In this document: one piece after another, positions 20,701 to 28,130 of the stretch
How positions within the stretch are numbered: position 1 is the first letter of the stretch
Layout of the letters: every line of letters begins with the position of its first letter
NCBI GenBank assembly: GCA_947628495.1
Contig: CANRAC010000001.1
Span: 1-57,515, forward strand
Length of the DNA: 57,515 nt
From: an uncultured Bacilli bacterium
GTDB lineage: Bacteria; Bacillota_I; Bacilli_A; RF39; UBA660
Reading direction: 5' to 3'
Made by a program: the position numbers and the translations under genes
The notes under the pieces: generated by a model
What the model saw: the letters and a program-made list of their open reading frames with translations, nothing else
Told to the model about the DNA's origin: nothing
The model's database searches: none

Positions 20701-21629
20701 CATTACTTGCCGGTCTTGGCTTTATGCGACTTGAGGATGACGACTATGGTAAGCCTAAACTTCACATTGGTAATCTTGTTATTGACGTATCTGACATATT
20801 TGGTAGTTCTAGTGTTCTGGCTGGTGCTGCATTTGTTACCGGTATACAAGAGAAAGGTTGGACTTGGGAAGGTGTGCTAGATGCTTTGAATAGATTAGCA
20901 GATGTGACTATTGACGATTTACCAGTTATGGACATTGTTCAAATGGACATGTACTCTAATGGTTCATTCGATATGGGTCTTAATCAACTTGAGAGTATTG
21001 CATTAAGCTTTATACCTAATATCTTAAGCTGGTTTGCTGGTCTAACTTATACTGGCACTCTGAACAAACAGACATTCTTAGATAGAGCACTAGCTAAAAT
21101 ACCATTTGCCGCTAGATTAGTCGAAAAGAAGGTTGACCCTTATACTGGCAAGACTGACTCTTGGGCTGATTGGGTAGGACGTGCTGTTCCTTACTTCAGC
21201 TGGGATGCTGCATCTCAAAATGAACGTAAGACTACAGCATTAGGTTTAACTAAGACTATGCTTCGTGGACAGTATAAAGTTAATGGTGAAGACTTTAATG
21301 TTACAGGTAAAGACTTGACTGAAATCAATAAGACTTATGGTACTTTAAATGCTGAAGACTTAACTAAGTTCTATGAAAATAAATTAGCTGTTTCTGTTAA
21401 ACAAGAAAATGGCAAATATAAAACAATGACCTATAATCAAATGACCACTAAGCAACGACAGAATGCTGTATCAAGTATTATGCAAAATAATGCTGACCTT
21501 GTTAAGATTATTGCTTGGCTCAAAGCTGGTAATAAATATTACGCATCAAGCACTATTTATAATAAACTTGTTAAGTTAGGTATTACTAAAAATCTATATC
21601 GTGGCTCTAAAGGCTTTGTTAAAGGTTAA
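11757..21629 (+). CDS. giant polyvalent (multidomain, probably virion-packaged/ejected) protein, 3290 aa
   Basis: Single uninterrupted ORF with SD TAGGAGGTAAA-ATG. Has Gly-rich hydrophobic segments near the N-terminus (SGLLSFVGGVVNFFG; SMVISAGVSAIPGGAAIAG) and the C-terminus (VIGTVAMGLGALLAGLGF). Internal HELTH zincin motif, ART-like domain and C5-MTase motifs. Confidence 0.7.
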   Translation: MEVRNKVGSDRSDLYRGSGQLGSTLDYLMYNDPSTYYYQKLRSTNNQYLRDDYWSEAARRGETDQLLASLLSWENLDSNLQAAKKELESFTQTGDEEKDNKKKKELEDKVNHLSNLNSNYLDKVKDYADKGYEDYNTYMLAMTLPLFDDPEKKERVDEASGYNFGSYTDKEWAEKVLDSIFERYDVQIAEAEKENMNWFQKVGATIGSGLLSFVGGVVNFFGDVVNLGEGILNCFFNFSDDATWNDRFLWAFSDESTGFFEQAGDLFNDMAYKVAYESTDMVNMVDAYDAGYRPASWEGMIFGTDRSQGVGASYRTWGKWWSGAFSSIGYMLPSMVISAGVSAIPGGAAIAGKVGTSVFYSGIFSGNISDTVSAAANEGISYKDLNAGEVVSNGLIKAGLQWAVEVALGKILGFSGLDQAIGIGRGAGKFGNLVGGMGGKLGAIGVTALRAGRSMAKEGLEEVLQDMSDSFVDAIYGTTNSKIADLYSSRALETINPMNLLESFVVGALTEGVISSLQGVKYILPKNRAVQTDIDGNVQAMGFFQTLNFNAALETMNDWNNILNDSKATTEAKADVAMKMSAAINTIGSVLKSFGQSDALKVNQILDIYAAGEKKTELLEKANLSNEQYATKLYDSFLTHYAEVERKYVPKPLKTKIKETFAKLADKFKKKGVTEVNNIITNKIDGNDPDVPLKSNNVENFKAALEKLGAEAIIGTNGNIITKSEDIVVVPNKLLETGDLATIIQGVAFDQVQQAVISALSPAQRKMIVRQYEKATGTTCTTEQAVQALLFDKAFYTRILLASEEGHKYNVEALQVLATINKVVQAKASPLLKNGKLANDAYNVLMQKIQKTMQTGLVTYCTKYARIDLGEITNDILSPELKEVIKNHQNTIFSEFVDEGIKDTKTQAPDSERTTRFDTYLQKFSSSLSAEEITELKQKARSTNVNDRVDAYTMLTVLSRNSTSPNATKDKLVYLPTSPDGIIEREHLQNVEKFFGLTWAELISGNYDASKITQEGRNFIQAQYDMSDRASRLACIRDALFNISGGTLTVGMDGSILEIMEKDKFVKDKYLGKEGTKAFRDDLRKGVIKTVADVVKVDLKNSTIKNMKLVRSDTLNGAKGAFVYGDDHISFSAGADVNTFMHELTHVTQYALDVTGQSATGGYAGMFKYMTPEAAKSLDNYIAEKFPLTYNYMVNHKISTYNTIYFMLAGELQANSTLGTHMFDVGFTFDKAGTVLVSPDGKERWNLKANQSDAQKQFRRNVAKARRELSKEIKNQQQANTTENTQTTKATTEAKTETKAASQLDERTTKALDEVVNKNVKKATRATINQVNNATLYKGMNVSKVTEFDNTKGNKKRIVSNAIWLTDNKNVAESYANNKRASATVYDSKVSISNPLVIDAKGQAFSSIMGNITSDQIAVYAQEHGYDSLVIKNVLDIGPYLGNVTNRENSMKPSTDVVIFDKTKAKITNETKYSEDETLDNLDKEYTATKQEDRGQLVGANKKTQDAFNNLSEDAIVQIMNSTSEDVDLTPEEEQYGLELAKALKIRRLTPKEEFALMGVKAEDFARIAANQSDASLYHLAGDSIIVDVLKNIFDKLYTDGYLTKPVRLIEFFAGYGAQNFALDYLGKDYESWKIAEWAVKSIQAYKDAHHSTDTKDYAANMTKSELLDYLVNIGVSLNYNSPAGRESLNTKSLQELKDIYNNIQATHNLVNIQKVTGESLEITDTDSHDYVLTYSFPCQDLSRAGKRAGMHGQDTSTGTQLSLFETIENASQIETQTRSGLLWEVDRILKELYDADKPLPQVLIMENVPEVHNSVNRTDFKQWLSNLQKYGYTNSYTDIKGSDYGIPQKRVRTIMVSTLNNKAFTFPAKQQLKSSMMDYLDKNVDNKYYLTDKQARTFMSYRESFDNNKTTHPINTSIASTLTTKQEKRAQGGNFYSPLVDNDVDLYDLLHPTKNSVQNTIDALNQVKAGQKITASQQKMWSEDRDLSLNKNSRRRNKMTQEELNKYNRDRYITNKEARKSNLKYYIQKGVTIRLHPGVAAFVEATTHDFTKLPTILQNKIVSGKLLYSDILDYINTAANMDDYTFKAIAKYVFNNERLAKLDVKTLLKLEDSLHEFAMAAYLTKEPDKYLTPKQMADTYKEVIANSSPEKIEWAQKFTENIVRTDRGGHNKYIEAIPQTNQLNESFFKKYDGTLAGMREINNLAKAVANIYDTHQVARENQKTATVEYDYSTTVIIKKNDDISKTLDSIDKVEKMNTIEAYYTDVLIKRLQEKMATEGIRPDKEAVIALRRKIDDMVDDLDKLSDTELNAKYLEVLNQNSQQKKSLSAVTATATMQRTPYEEQERSIKNIKDTFRGVGRTMTRWLKSTEDATDTERFYNRLPDNIKKWFDPNNGYKLVSDYYKLSKQEILDLQSKIQAARDQVKHWVKAEEATKVALKKSKERLSKLQKEYKTYREKTEATLKENKTLRQKVQVEHVVRIEGTNVTSSSPSNRVVEEILKTSWNKKRMGEVQELDNNIEHAVANANTFFKENANTLLSASTTELEEAIAFFANNTTKLTEDEFARFNALRTYFFGWVLEANKNGQITLNANLKQQVNNIMRNMASNYGTGLAVWNNIRQRLNPLDSMRSQDIEVGGITLNDDLKDKLFDAIESNDVDVMTKTYEEITEWLDEQQSSKKGVLRRIVGVRSMAMLSSPLTWLRNKMSNFMLKRLNTLSSKIGNAMFKGKTMAGQLKMNQQVTPEIQKFITDNIIDNGFFDTFVSNLSKFNVSDIVAKNQNKIAKGETLTREEITTHLVLKAIYNEYYNNNMFKSKLLNDLHKNLMKVMSDDSYVREAAVRYFGKILAEKKYSLKDGKMTDAIMNDFSTAIGLALNDYMHSDNFFNNVERWLSDRSELGWFAYKLIMPYAASSWNWFKAAIRYSPIGLGRAIYRITHLEQQVAKAEADYIAGKSNVSPELTEYLIRRDLGSGVIGTVAMGLGALLAGLGFMRLEDDDYGKPKLHIGNLVIDVSDIFGSSSVLAGAAFVTGIQEKGWTWEGVLDALNRLADVTIDDLPVMDIVQMDMYSNGSFDMGLNQLESIALSFIPNILSWFAGLTYTGTLNKQTFLDRALAKIPFAARLVEKKVDPYTGKTDSWADWVGRAVPYFSWDAASQNERKTTALGLTKTMLRGQYKVNGEDFNVTGKDLTEINKTYGTLNAEDLTKFYENKLAVSVKQENGKYKTMTYNQMTTKQRQNAVSSIMQNNADLVKIIAWLKAGNKYYASSTIYNKLVKLGITKNLYRGSKGFVKG
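15180..15194 (+). other. HExxH zincin metalloprotease motif (HELTH, aa 1142-1146 of the giant protein)
   Basis: FMHELTHVTQY read directly. The frame was checked against the 11757 start. Confidence 0.5.
15753..16145 (+). other. ART-like (ADP-ribosyltransferase-like, polyvalent-protein type) domain, aa ~1333-1463
   Basis: NATLYKGM...IWLTDNKNVAESYA...SNPLVIDAKG...HGYDSLVIKNV...DVVIFD follows the strand/motif pattern I associate with ART domains of polyvalent proteins. Assigned by eye only. Confidence 0.35.
16395..17575 (+). other. C5-cytosine DNA methyltransferase domain with permuted motif order (IX-X-I-IV-VI-VIII-TRD), aa ~1547-1940
   Basis: Motifs in order: RRLTPKEEFALMGV (IX), LAGDSIIVDVLKNIF (X-like), IEFFAGYGAQ (I), YSFPCQDLSRAGKRAG (IV, catalytic Cys at 16971-16973), IMENVPEV (VI), GIPQKRVRTIMVS (VIII), ASTLTTKQ (TRD-like). 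Confidence 0.75.
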
Positions 21630-21633
21630 AAAT

Positions 21634-21664
21634 AAAGGCACTAGTAAGTCACTAGTGCCTTTTT
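21634..21664 (+). terminator. intrinsic terminator of the + strand structural arm
   Basis: AAAGGCACTAGT-aagtc-ACTAGTGCCTTT: 12-bp stem followed by TTTTCATTC, placed 5 nt after the stop of the 3290-aa gene. Confidence 0.85.
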
Positions 21665-21822
21665 CATTCTTTAAAAATTTTCAAATTTATTTTATATCAG
21701 ACTCTATCCTAATTTTAATTTAAAGATATATCTGGTGCTCCAAAATAATCTTCTTGAATAAATATTCGAGAGATATAAATGGCCCTCAGAAATATCCTAA
21801 AATCAATAAAAGTGATAAATAA

Positions 21823-21849
21823 AAATAGTCCTCAGCACAAGGACTATTT
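21823..21849 (-). terminator. intrinsic terminator of the - strand arm
   Basis: On the - strand AAATAGTCCT-tgtgctg-AGGACTATTT is followed by TTATTTAT. It overlaps the TAG stop of the last - strand gene. Confidence 0.75.
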
Positions 21850-22086
21850 ATAAGTATATGAGTCTGATTTAACTAGCTCTAAATGGAGCCAAGCTATTTC
21901 GTCAGGCTCGCCGTAGATGCTAACAATCTCGTTAGTAATTGGAACTCTTATCATTAAACATTCTCGTTCTTTTGATAAGAGCTTTAGGCTGTGTTTCAAA
22001 CCAAGTTGTTTATTTCTACACCATTGCACACAGCGCTCTTTACTATTGAACTCCTGAGGCAGTAACCTGCCTAAGTCTGCAAACAT
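21844..22086 (-). CDS. hypothetical protein
   Basis: 80-aa ORF with SD AAAGGAGGTTAAGC-ATG. Confidence 0.6.
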   Translation of the reverse strand: MFADLGRLLPQEFNSKERCVQWCRNKQLGLKHSLKLLSKERECLMIRVPITNEIVSIYGEPDEIAWLHLELVKSDSYTYK

Positions 22087-22098
22087 GCTTAACCTCCT

Positions 22099-24093
22099 TT
22101 ATAAATTAAATTGTTTAGTTAAACCAAATTGGTCGTTCTTCATTTCATACCAAGGTATGTCTAATGCCTTATCAAGCTCACGTGCATAATAACTATAGTC
22201 AATTTTCCAAGCTTTACCAGTTGGTTTATATATTAAATGTTGATTTTCAATTTTATAGTTTTGTAAGTTATCATTTATAACTAATGGGTGAATTGGACAT
22301 AATGCAACCATGTCTTCTTTTTGAACTCCATGAAGTGTCTTAACCTTTTTAATAAAACTATATTGTTTATCTTCAACTGCGATACAACGAGCAACTTTAC
22401 CTAAAGGCTCTCTAGTCCCATCTTCAAAATATTGAACCATTAATTTATAAGTAGGACCTTTAGTACATGTGACACAAAAATCACTTACATTTGTATTCTC
22501 AAGTAATTCTTTAATTGGATTGGTGCCTTTAGTCAAGAAATTCATTTGAGCCTTAGGAACACAATAATTACCAAGAGGTCTTAATTTATTTGTGCCTTTT
22601 TGATATACGCTTGTAACAAATGCACCGCCTTTATTTTTAATTTCGCCATCTGGATGAACAGCAACATAGTTGTTTACATTCAATTGCCATAACTTATTGT
22701 CTTCTTCAATTTCAAATGCAAATTGACTAATTGCTGAGAACTCGTCAACGATTGCTTTAATAGCATCATAGTCTGAACGTTTAGCATATACTAATACACC
22801 ATCTGTGTTTGTTTGAATGACTTTCAAACCAGGAATAGTTTTATATAAATGATTACTAATTGCAATTAATATCATTTGCCCGACACGACAAACCTTGGTT
22901 CTCATGTAGTCGTCATATAATGGAAGATACTTATTGCCCATAGCACCATAAGTAGTATTCAATATAAGTTTTGCCGCTGGAACAAATACTTTGTCTTCAG
23001 GTGTCCATTGAGATTTCGGAGTTAACTTCAATTGCAAACGTCTTTCGTAAATATATTTAAGTCGTTCAGGTTTACGAATTGCTCTAGACATTGCTTGACA
23101 GAAAATCATAACTGATGGGTAACAAGAAGAGACGTCAACATTATACATTGTCCATTCGTCGGTAGACTCAACATAAAGTCCCGGAGTCACACGACCGATT
23201 TTTGGAACATTGTAAACACTATGAAGTCCACCATCTGCTATATCAACAATATTGTCATACAACTCAAATGTTTTTGCTTCTTGCTTTGTTAACAAATGTT
23301 GATAAATGTCAGCAGGCAACCAAGTCTCAAAGTAATTTTTAAGCTTTTCATCTCTTATTGTTATAGTAGGGTCAATAACCATTGTGCCATGTACTCTTTC
23401 AGCATCTAGAACTTTACCTGACAAATTTGCATTTGTGTTTTTGTATGCTATTTTCTTGTCAATACCAAATGTCTCGCATAATTGAACTTTAGTATCAATA
23501 TATGCTTTTGATGTAGTCACATATAATACATGAAGTGCGTAAACGTCGTGTCTACAATAAAATAGTATATCTTCTTTTTCAGTTGGAGTTAAATCTGTTT
23601 TGCCGAATGGAACAGTAGTTTCTCGAATGTCCATACCAAGTGAACATTCTTTGTCCTTCAAACTTTTATCTGAGTCATCTAGCAAATCTTGCCAAGACTC
23701 ACCTTCACTCCAACCAAATCGAATAAAGCTTGCTATTCTCATATGCTCAGCATCATAGTCAGCTAATTCTGGATTGACTAATATTTGAGAAGCAATATAT
23801 AACTTGCGAGGAGTGAAACCTGCAAATATACATTTTGCTATTATTAAGTCATAACGTTTAATATTATAACCACATAATACACCTTTAGACAAATCAGCTT
23901 TAAGTGTTTTTGCACTATCTGGGTCGTCGCTAGTATATACTCTCATTTTACTTTTAATTGTTTCTTCTGTTGCTGCATCAAATTGATTGTTATAAATACC
24001 ACCTGGATAGGTTTCTTCTTCATCACTTACAATTGCGCACCACCATTCTGGGTAAACTTCAAAGTCGAAAAATTTTAAATTATTTGCACTCAT
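22099..24093 (-). CDS. family B DNA polymerase with 3'-5' exonuclease
   Basis: Exo I FDFEV, Exo II GYNIKRYDL, Exo III YCRHDVYAL. Pol A DVSSCYPS, Pol B KLILNTTYG, Pol C QTNTDGV. Start moved to the ATG at 24093 (MSANNLKFFDFE), which follows AAAGGAGTAAGT. Confidence 0.9.
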   Translation of the reverse strand: MSANNLKFFDFEVYPEWWCAIVSDEEETYPGGIYNNQFDAATEETIKSKMRVYTSDDPDSAKTLKADLSKGVLCGYNIKRYDLIIAKCIFAGFTPRKLYIASQILVNPELADYDAEHMRIASFIRFGWSEGESWQDLLDDSDKSLKDKECSLGMDIRETTVPFGKTDLTPTEKEDILFYCRHDVYALHVLYVTTSKAYIDTKVQLCETFGIDKKIAYKNTNANLSGKVLDAERVHGTMVIDPTITIRDEKLKNYFETWLPADIYQHLLTKQEAKTFELYDNIVDIADGGLHSVYNVPKIGRVTPGLYVESTDEWTMYNVDVSSCYPSVMIFCQAMSRAIRKPERLKYIYERRLQLKLTPKSQWTPEDKVFVPAAKLILNTTYGAMGNKYLPLYDDYMRTKVCRVGQMILIAISNHLYKTIPGLKVIQTNTDGVLVYAKRSDYDAIKAIVDEFSAISQFAFEIEEDNKLWQLNVNNYVAVHPDGEIKNKGGAFVTSVYQKGTNKLRPLGNYCVPKAQMNFLTKGTNPIKELLENTNVSDFCVTCTKGPTYKLMVQYFEDGTREPLGKVARCIAVEDKQYSFIKKVKTLHGVQKEDMVALCPIHPLVINDNLQNYKIENQHLIYKPTGKAWKIDYSYYARELDKALDIPWYEMKNDQFGLTKQFNL

Positions 24094-24095
24094 AC

Positions 24096-24314
24096 TTACT
24101 CCTTTGGTTTTATTACTATGTCCCAACGAGCAAGTAAGTCATTATAACCAACATGCACCGGAACAAATAGATTATCTACATTATCAGTTGCATGCAAAGA
24201 CAAGAATTTATCAACACTCATAAAACTGTCTTCACCTTCAACTCTAATAGCACATTGCTCTTGCACTCCACTGTGAAATATCTCAGTGAGCACTTCAGTT
24301 AAAATCTTTTTCAT
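24096..24314 (-). CDS. hypothetical protein
   Basis: 72-aa ORF with SD AAGGAGGTTAT-ATG. Ends 2 nt before the polymerase start. Confidence 0.6.
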   Translation of the reverse strand: MKKILTEVLTEIFHSGVQEQCAIRVEGEDSFMSVDKFLSLHATDNVDNLFVPVHVGYNDLLARWDIVIKPKE

Positions 24315-24326
24315 ATAACCTCCTTA

Positions 24327-26405
24327 TTAACCCCATTTAGCATTCTTTCTGCTCATGACTTCTGCTGGCACGAAAATATAATCGTCAGGTCGAGGGTCAT
24401 TATCATAACGCTCAAGATAATATTCTCGTTCGCCTTTATCAAAGTCTAATAATAAATCTGTTTCGACTAACAGGTCATCAATAAAGTTTGATTTTGTTGA
24501 ACTATTACAATTGTTCTCAATACAAAATGTTTTATAGTCCTGGAACAATTGTGTTGTTTGTTTATGCACTAAGTCCTTAATAGTATATTGATAGGACTGC
24601 AACCATTTCTTAATATTGCTTTGACCGATTTGAAACTTTAATTTCAAGTTTTCTTCCGAAGTATTTATTGTAAAACCGCCACGTTGTAAAGTCATATGAA
24701 TACCTTGAACAGCTTTATAAAAGAAATACTCCATATCACTATCTGTTATTTTGTCCAAAAACTTAGGGTCAGGGTTCTTAATCTTATGGTCAATCTCAAC
24801 TAATATCATACGTCGATATAAACCATCTGATTTATCAGCAATTTTAGGCATATGGTTTGCATTTATAATAATTGTTGCACAAGATACCATTTCAACAACT
24901 GCTGCATAAATTTGTCTAACTGATACTGGCTCTGAACAAGTTATACTTTTAAATCTACCTGAGTCTTCTAGTGTTTTCTTGTCACTTGCGTCAAAGTCAA
25001 TATTAACAAGTTTGTCAATCATAGTTGCTAAATAGTAGTCTTGGTCAAATTGATTTAGTTTAACCGTTGATACATATTTCTTACCAACCATTCTCATAAT
25101 TAAATTACAGAATGTTGATTTACCAGTACCGCCAGTGCCTTTAAAGATAAAGAATTTCTCAAATATACTTTTCTTAAGTAGACAATAACCGGCAACTTCA
25201 TACAAGAATTGCATTTTCTTTGCGTCACCATTAGATATTTGTTTCATAAAGTCGTCAATTAACTCTGAATATTCAACGTCTTCTTTATACTCCCAGTCAA
25301 GATAAATAGTATTATAATTGTCTGGTGAGTGTGGAGTTAAAGTACCAGAGTTCAAATCTAACATACCATTCTTAACTGCAATAATTGCATAATCTTTGTT
25401 TATTTCTCTATAGTCCTTTTGAGCAAGTGCCGTAATAAACTCAATTGTTTCTTTTCTGTTTGCCGCAGTTGCATCAATATAACCTTTTTCAAGAATAAAT
25501 GTCTGAAGTTCATGTGGACTAAATGGTCTATAGTGACCATTAACATACATATGTATGGTGTCACCAAGAGCTATTAAGTTATAATCTTTAATTAACTTCT
25601 GAGCTAATAGTCGCCATTGATTTTGTTTACTTGGACCAGTGCCATCTGCTTGTTGCACATTGTCATAAGGCATTTCTCTAGCAACAGTTGCTTCAAACAT
25701 TGCCGGAGGCATTGGGTTAGTCCAAATAATTTCGTTAATAATTTTTAAGCATTCAACAGATTGGTCGTTTGTAATCATATTTGATTTACAAGCAATACCA
25801 CGAATTTTGACAAGAGCATCTGACCCGCCACCTTGAGGCATATCTATGAATATTGGGTCGTCATCCTTTGCCGGACGTAAAGGTCTAATGAAGAAAGGTA
25901 AATCGTCGATATCTTCACTAGCCCAATCTTTCCATTGTCTATGTTGCTCATCATTAGCAGGTAAGATAATATAACCTTTACCACTACCACGACCATCTGC
26001 TCTAATACCTAATGGAGTTAAGGCACCTGCAAAAGTGCCTTTATTCTTCATTACTTCAGAGTCATTTTTAAATATGAAGTGTATACCTTGTTTTGATGAG
26101 TTAGACCAAAACTTAACACCTTTCAGATACAATACTTTTTCTAGAACTGAAGCACTTTTTGGATGGTCTTTGTTATCTATGTCTATAACAATATATTTGT
26201 TAGGCACAATCCAACCAACACGACCGCCATCAGTTACCCAGTTCTGTGCTTCACCTAAACTTAATGGATGGTTTAAACCACGTCCATCAATAGGTGTTTT
26301 ATTTTGTTTACGAGTTCCTTCATCATGCAGCTCTTCTTCATTGAAAGGAGCTAGCTTGACGAACTTAGCATTTGGAAATAATTTACCGAACTTTTCAAAG
26401 TCCAT
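24327..26405 (-). CDS. primase-helicase (prim-pol/AEP N-terminus plus D5-like SF3 helicase)
   Basis: YIVIDIDNKDH (DxD) and SKQGIHFIF in the N-terminal half. Walker A FKGTGGTGKST in the C-terminal half. Confidence 0.8.
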   Translation of the reverse strand: MDFEKFGKLFPNAKFVKLAPFNEEELHDEGTRKQNKTPIDGRGLNHPLSLGEAQNWVTDGGRVGWIVPNKYIVIDIDNKDHPKSASVLEKVLYLKGVKFWSNSSKQGIHFIFKNDSEVMKNKGTFAGALTPLGIRADGRGSGKGYIILPANDEQHRQWKDWASEDIDDLPFFIRPLRPAKDDDPIFIDMPQGGGSDALVKIRGIACKSNMITNDQSVECLKIINEIIWTNPMPPAMFEATVAREMPYDNVQQADGTGPSKQNQWRLLAQKLIKDYNLIALGDTIHMYVNGHYRPFSPHELQTFILEKGYIDATAANRKETIEFITALAQKDYREINKDYAIIAVKNGMLDLNSGTLTPHSPDNYNTIYLDWEYKEDVEYSELIDDFMKQISNGDAKKMQFLYEVAGYCLLKKSIFEKFFIFKGTGGTGKSTFCNLIMRMVGKKYVSTVKLNQFDQDYYLATMIDKLVNIDFDASDKKTLEDSGRFKSITCSEPVSVRQIYAAVVEMVSCATIIINANHMPKIADKSDGLYRRMILVEIDHKIKNPDPKFLDKITDSDMEYFFYKAVQGIHMTLQRGGFTINTSEENLKLKFQIGQSNIKKWLQSYQYTIKDLVHKQTTQLFQDYKTFCIENNCNSSTKSNFIDDLLVETDLLLDFDKGEREYYLERYDNDPRPDDYIFVPAEVMSRKNAKWG

Positions 26406-26408
26406 ACA

Positions 26409-27743
26409 CTAACCTCCTTTTATTGACATTAACGTTTCGTGTATTGACTGCTTCTTACGAAGTGATTCCCATATTTTGTATTCAACTTTATATTTGTCGC
26501 CAGGGTCATTGACTAAGAAAGTCACTTTACAAGGTTGTGATTGTCCTCTTCGCCAACACCTATGAATAAATTGTTTATATGCTATAAAGCTGAAGTCTGC
26601 TGTATAATAAATAATCTCTTGACATTCTTGTAAGTTCGCTGATTTACCTTTAGAACATTGAAGAACTAAAACACAATGATGTCCTCTTGACAATTGGTCT
26701 TTAAATGTTCCTATACTATCACAATGTGAAATACCTGCTCTGTCTAATGCTTTGCTGATAAAATACGCATCTTCTTGAAATCTATAGGCAATTATTCGAT
26801 TACCCTTTTTGCATTCATCAACAACAAATTGTATTTTAGGGTTTACAAAATCTGGTAGTTCAAATGTATGTCTCATAGAGTCCTCATCATAATATAAGAA
26901 ACCATTTAATGCTTGTTGTGCTTTTTGTAATGCAATTGCTTTTAATACCGTGCTCTCATGCTCATCACATTTTAATATACCTTCAAGTGCATCTTTATAA
27001 TGTTCAGTAACAGGTATTTTAAATGTTTCAATCTTAACTTCCATTGGAGGCATTTCGTCATTGTCGTCATACTCCCAAAATGAACAACCTTCTTGATATG
27101 CTTTTGCCATAAGTTCTTCACCGCGTTGATTTAATCTTACTGGTTTCTCAAACGCACCAAATGGACCGTATTGAAGTTCTGACTCACAATATGCTGCTTT
27201 AAATATATTACATTTTATTTGTCCCATACCTGCAACATTAAGATTGTGTAATACACAGAATGGTTCTATATTGTTATTACCTGCAATCGTGCCAGTCATA
27301 CCAATTACATATTCTGTTCTTTTTGTTAATGCATACACTAACTTAGCATATTTACTTTTTGCTCTAGTGACGCCAGACCTTAAGGATTGACATTCGTCGC
27401 AGATTATCAAGTCCCACTTTGTATTAACAAGTGCTTCTTTAACTGTGCCGATTGCAGTCCTGTCGGTCACCATATATGTCTCTTTAGGCAATATACCTTG
27501 AGGCATAATCTCTGCTCGCCACATTTCACGAATACAAGTTGCATCAGACATTATTAGTACTTTTGCATTACCATGTTTTAATTTGTTAATTTCTATCATA
27601 CAATGAATTGCTGGATAGCTTTTACCTTTACCTGGTTCATAACATAAGACATGATGTTTATGTTGCATTATCAGCTGTTCATCTCGAGCTTGCTCCGGTA
27701 GGCGATATTTTTCATTGTATTCTTTATAAGTGATACCTGCCAT
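26409..27743 (-). CDS. SNF2/DEAD-like helicase
   Basis: EPGKGKSYPA (motif I), LIICDECQSL (DExQ), HRCWRRGQ (motif VI). Confidence 0.75.
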   Translation of the reverse strand: MAGITYKEYNEKYRLPEQARDEQLIMQHKHHVLCYEPGKGKSYPAIHCMIEINKLKHGNAKVLIMSDATCIREMWRAEIMPQGILPKETYMVTDRTAIGTVKEALVNTKWDLIICDECQSLRSGVTRAKSKYAKLVYALTKRTEYVIGMTGTIAGNNNIEPFCVLHNLNVAGMGQIKCNIFKAAYCESELQYGPFGAFEKPVRLNQRGEELMAKAYQEGCSFWEYDDNDEMPPMEVKIETFKIPVTEHYKDALEGILKCDEHESTVLKAIALQKAQQALNGFLYYDEDSMRHTFELPDFVNPKIQFVVDECKKGNRIIAYRFQEDAYFISKALDRAGISHCDSIGTFKDQLSRGHHCVLVLQCSKGKSANLQECQEIIYYTADFSFIAYKQFIHRCWRRGQSQPCKVTFLVNDPGDKYKVEYKIWESLRKKQSIHETLMSIKGG

Positions 27744-28115
27744 TTAATACTCCTCACCTGTGTCAATACCAAACTCTCTAATTGCGTCTAGTATATAATC
27801 AGGGTAAGGACCAAATTGTTTTAATGCTATATCGATTAGTTGTAGTACACAAACTACTGTGCTAGTGTCTTTAACAATTGCACTAATACCATGTGCTTTT
27901 TGTATCATTCGACAATGAATACCTTGTTGTGGACTAGGTTTATTATCGTCCACTTTAACTTCGAATGCTACAAATAAACCTTTATAACAACAAATCAAAT
28001 CTGGCCTGCCAGGCTCAGTGGTCATATTACCCCAGGTTTTAATAACATAACCACCTTTACTTCTTATAAGTTTTTGAATTCTTTCTTGTAAAGAAGTTTC
28101 AGCTTTTACGCCCAT
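27744..28115 (-). CDS. VRR-NUC nuclease
   Basis: GRPDLICCYKGLFVAFEVKV shows the PD...(D/E)xK signature. Start placed at the ATG at 28115 (MGVKAE) after AAGGTGG. The track start is a GTG lying inside that SD. Confidence 0.7.
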   Translation of the reverse strand: MGVKAETSLQERIQKLIRSKGGYVIKTWGNMTTEPGRPDLICCYKGLFVAFEVKVDDNKPSPQQGIHCRMIQKAHGISAIVKDTSTVVCVLQLIDIALKQFGPYPDYILDAIREFGIDTGEEY

Positions 28116-28130
28116 AATTACCACCTTTTA

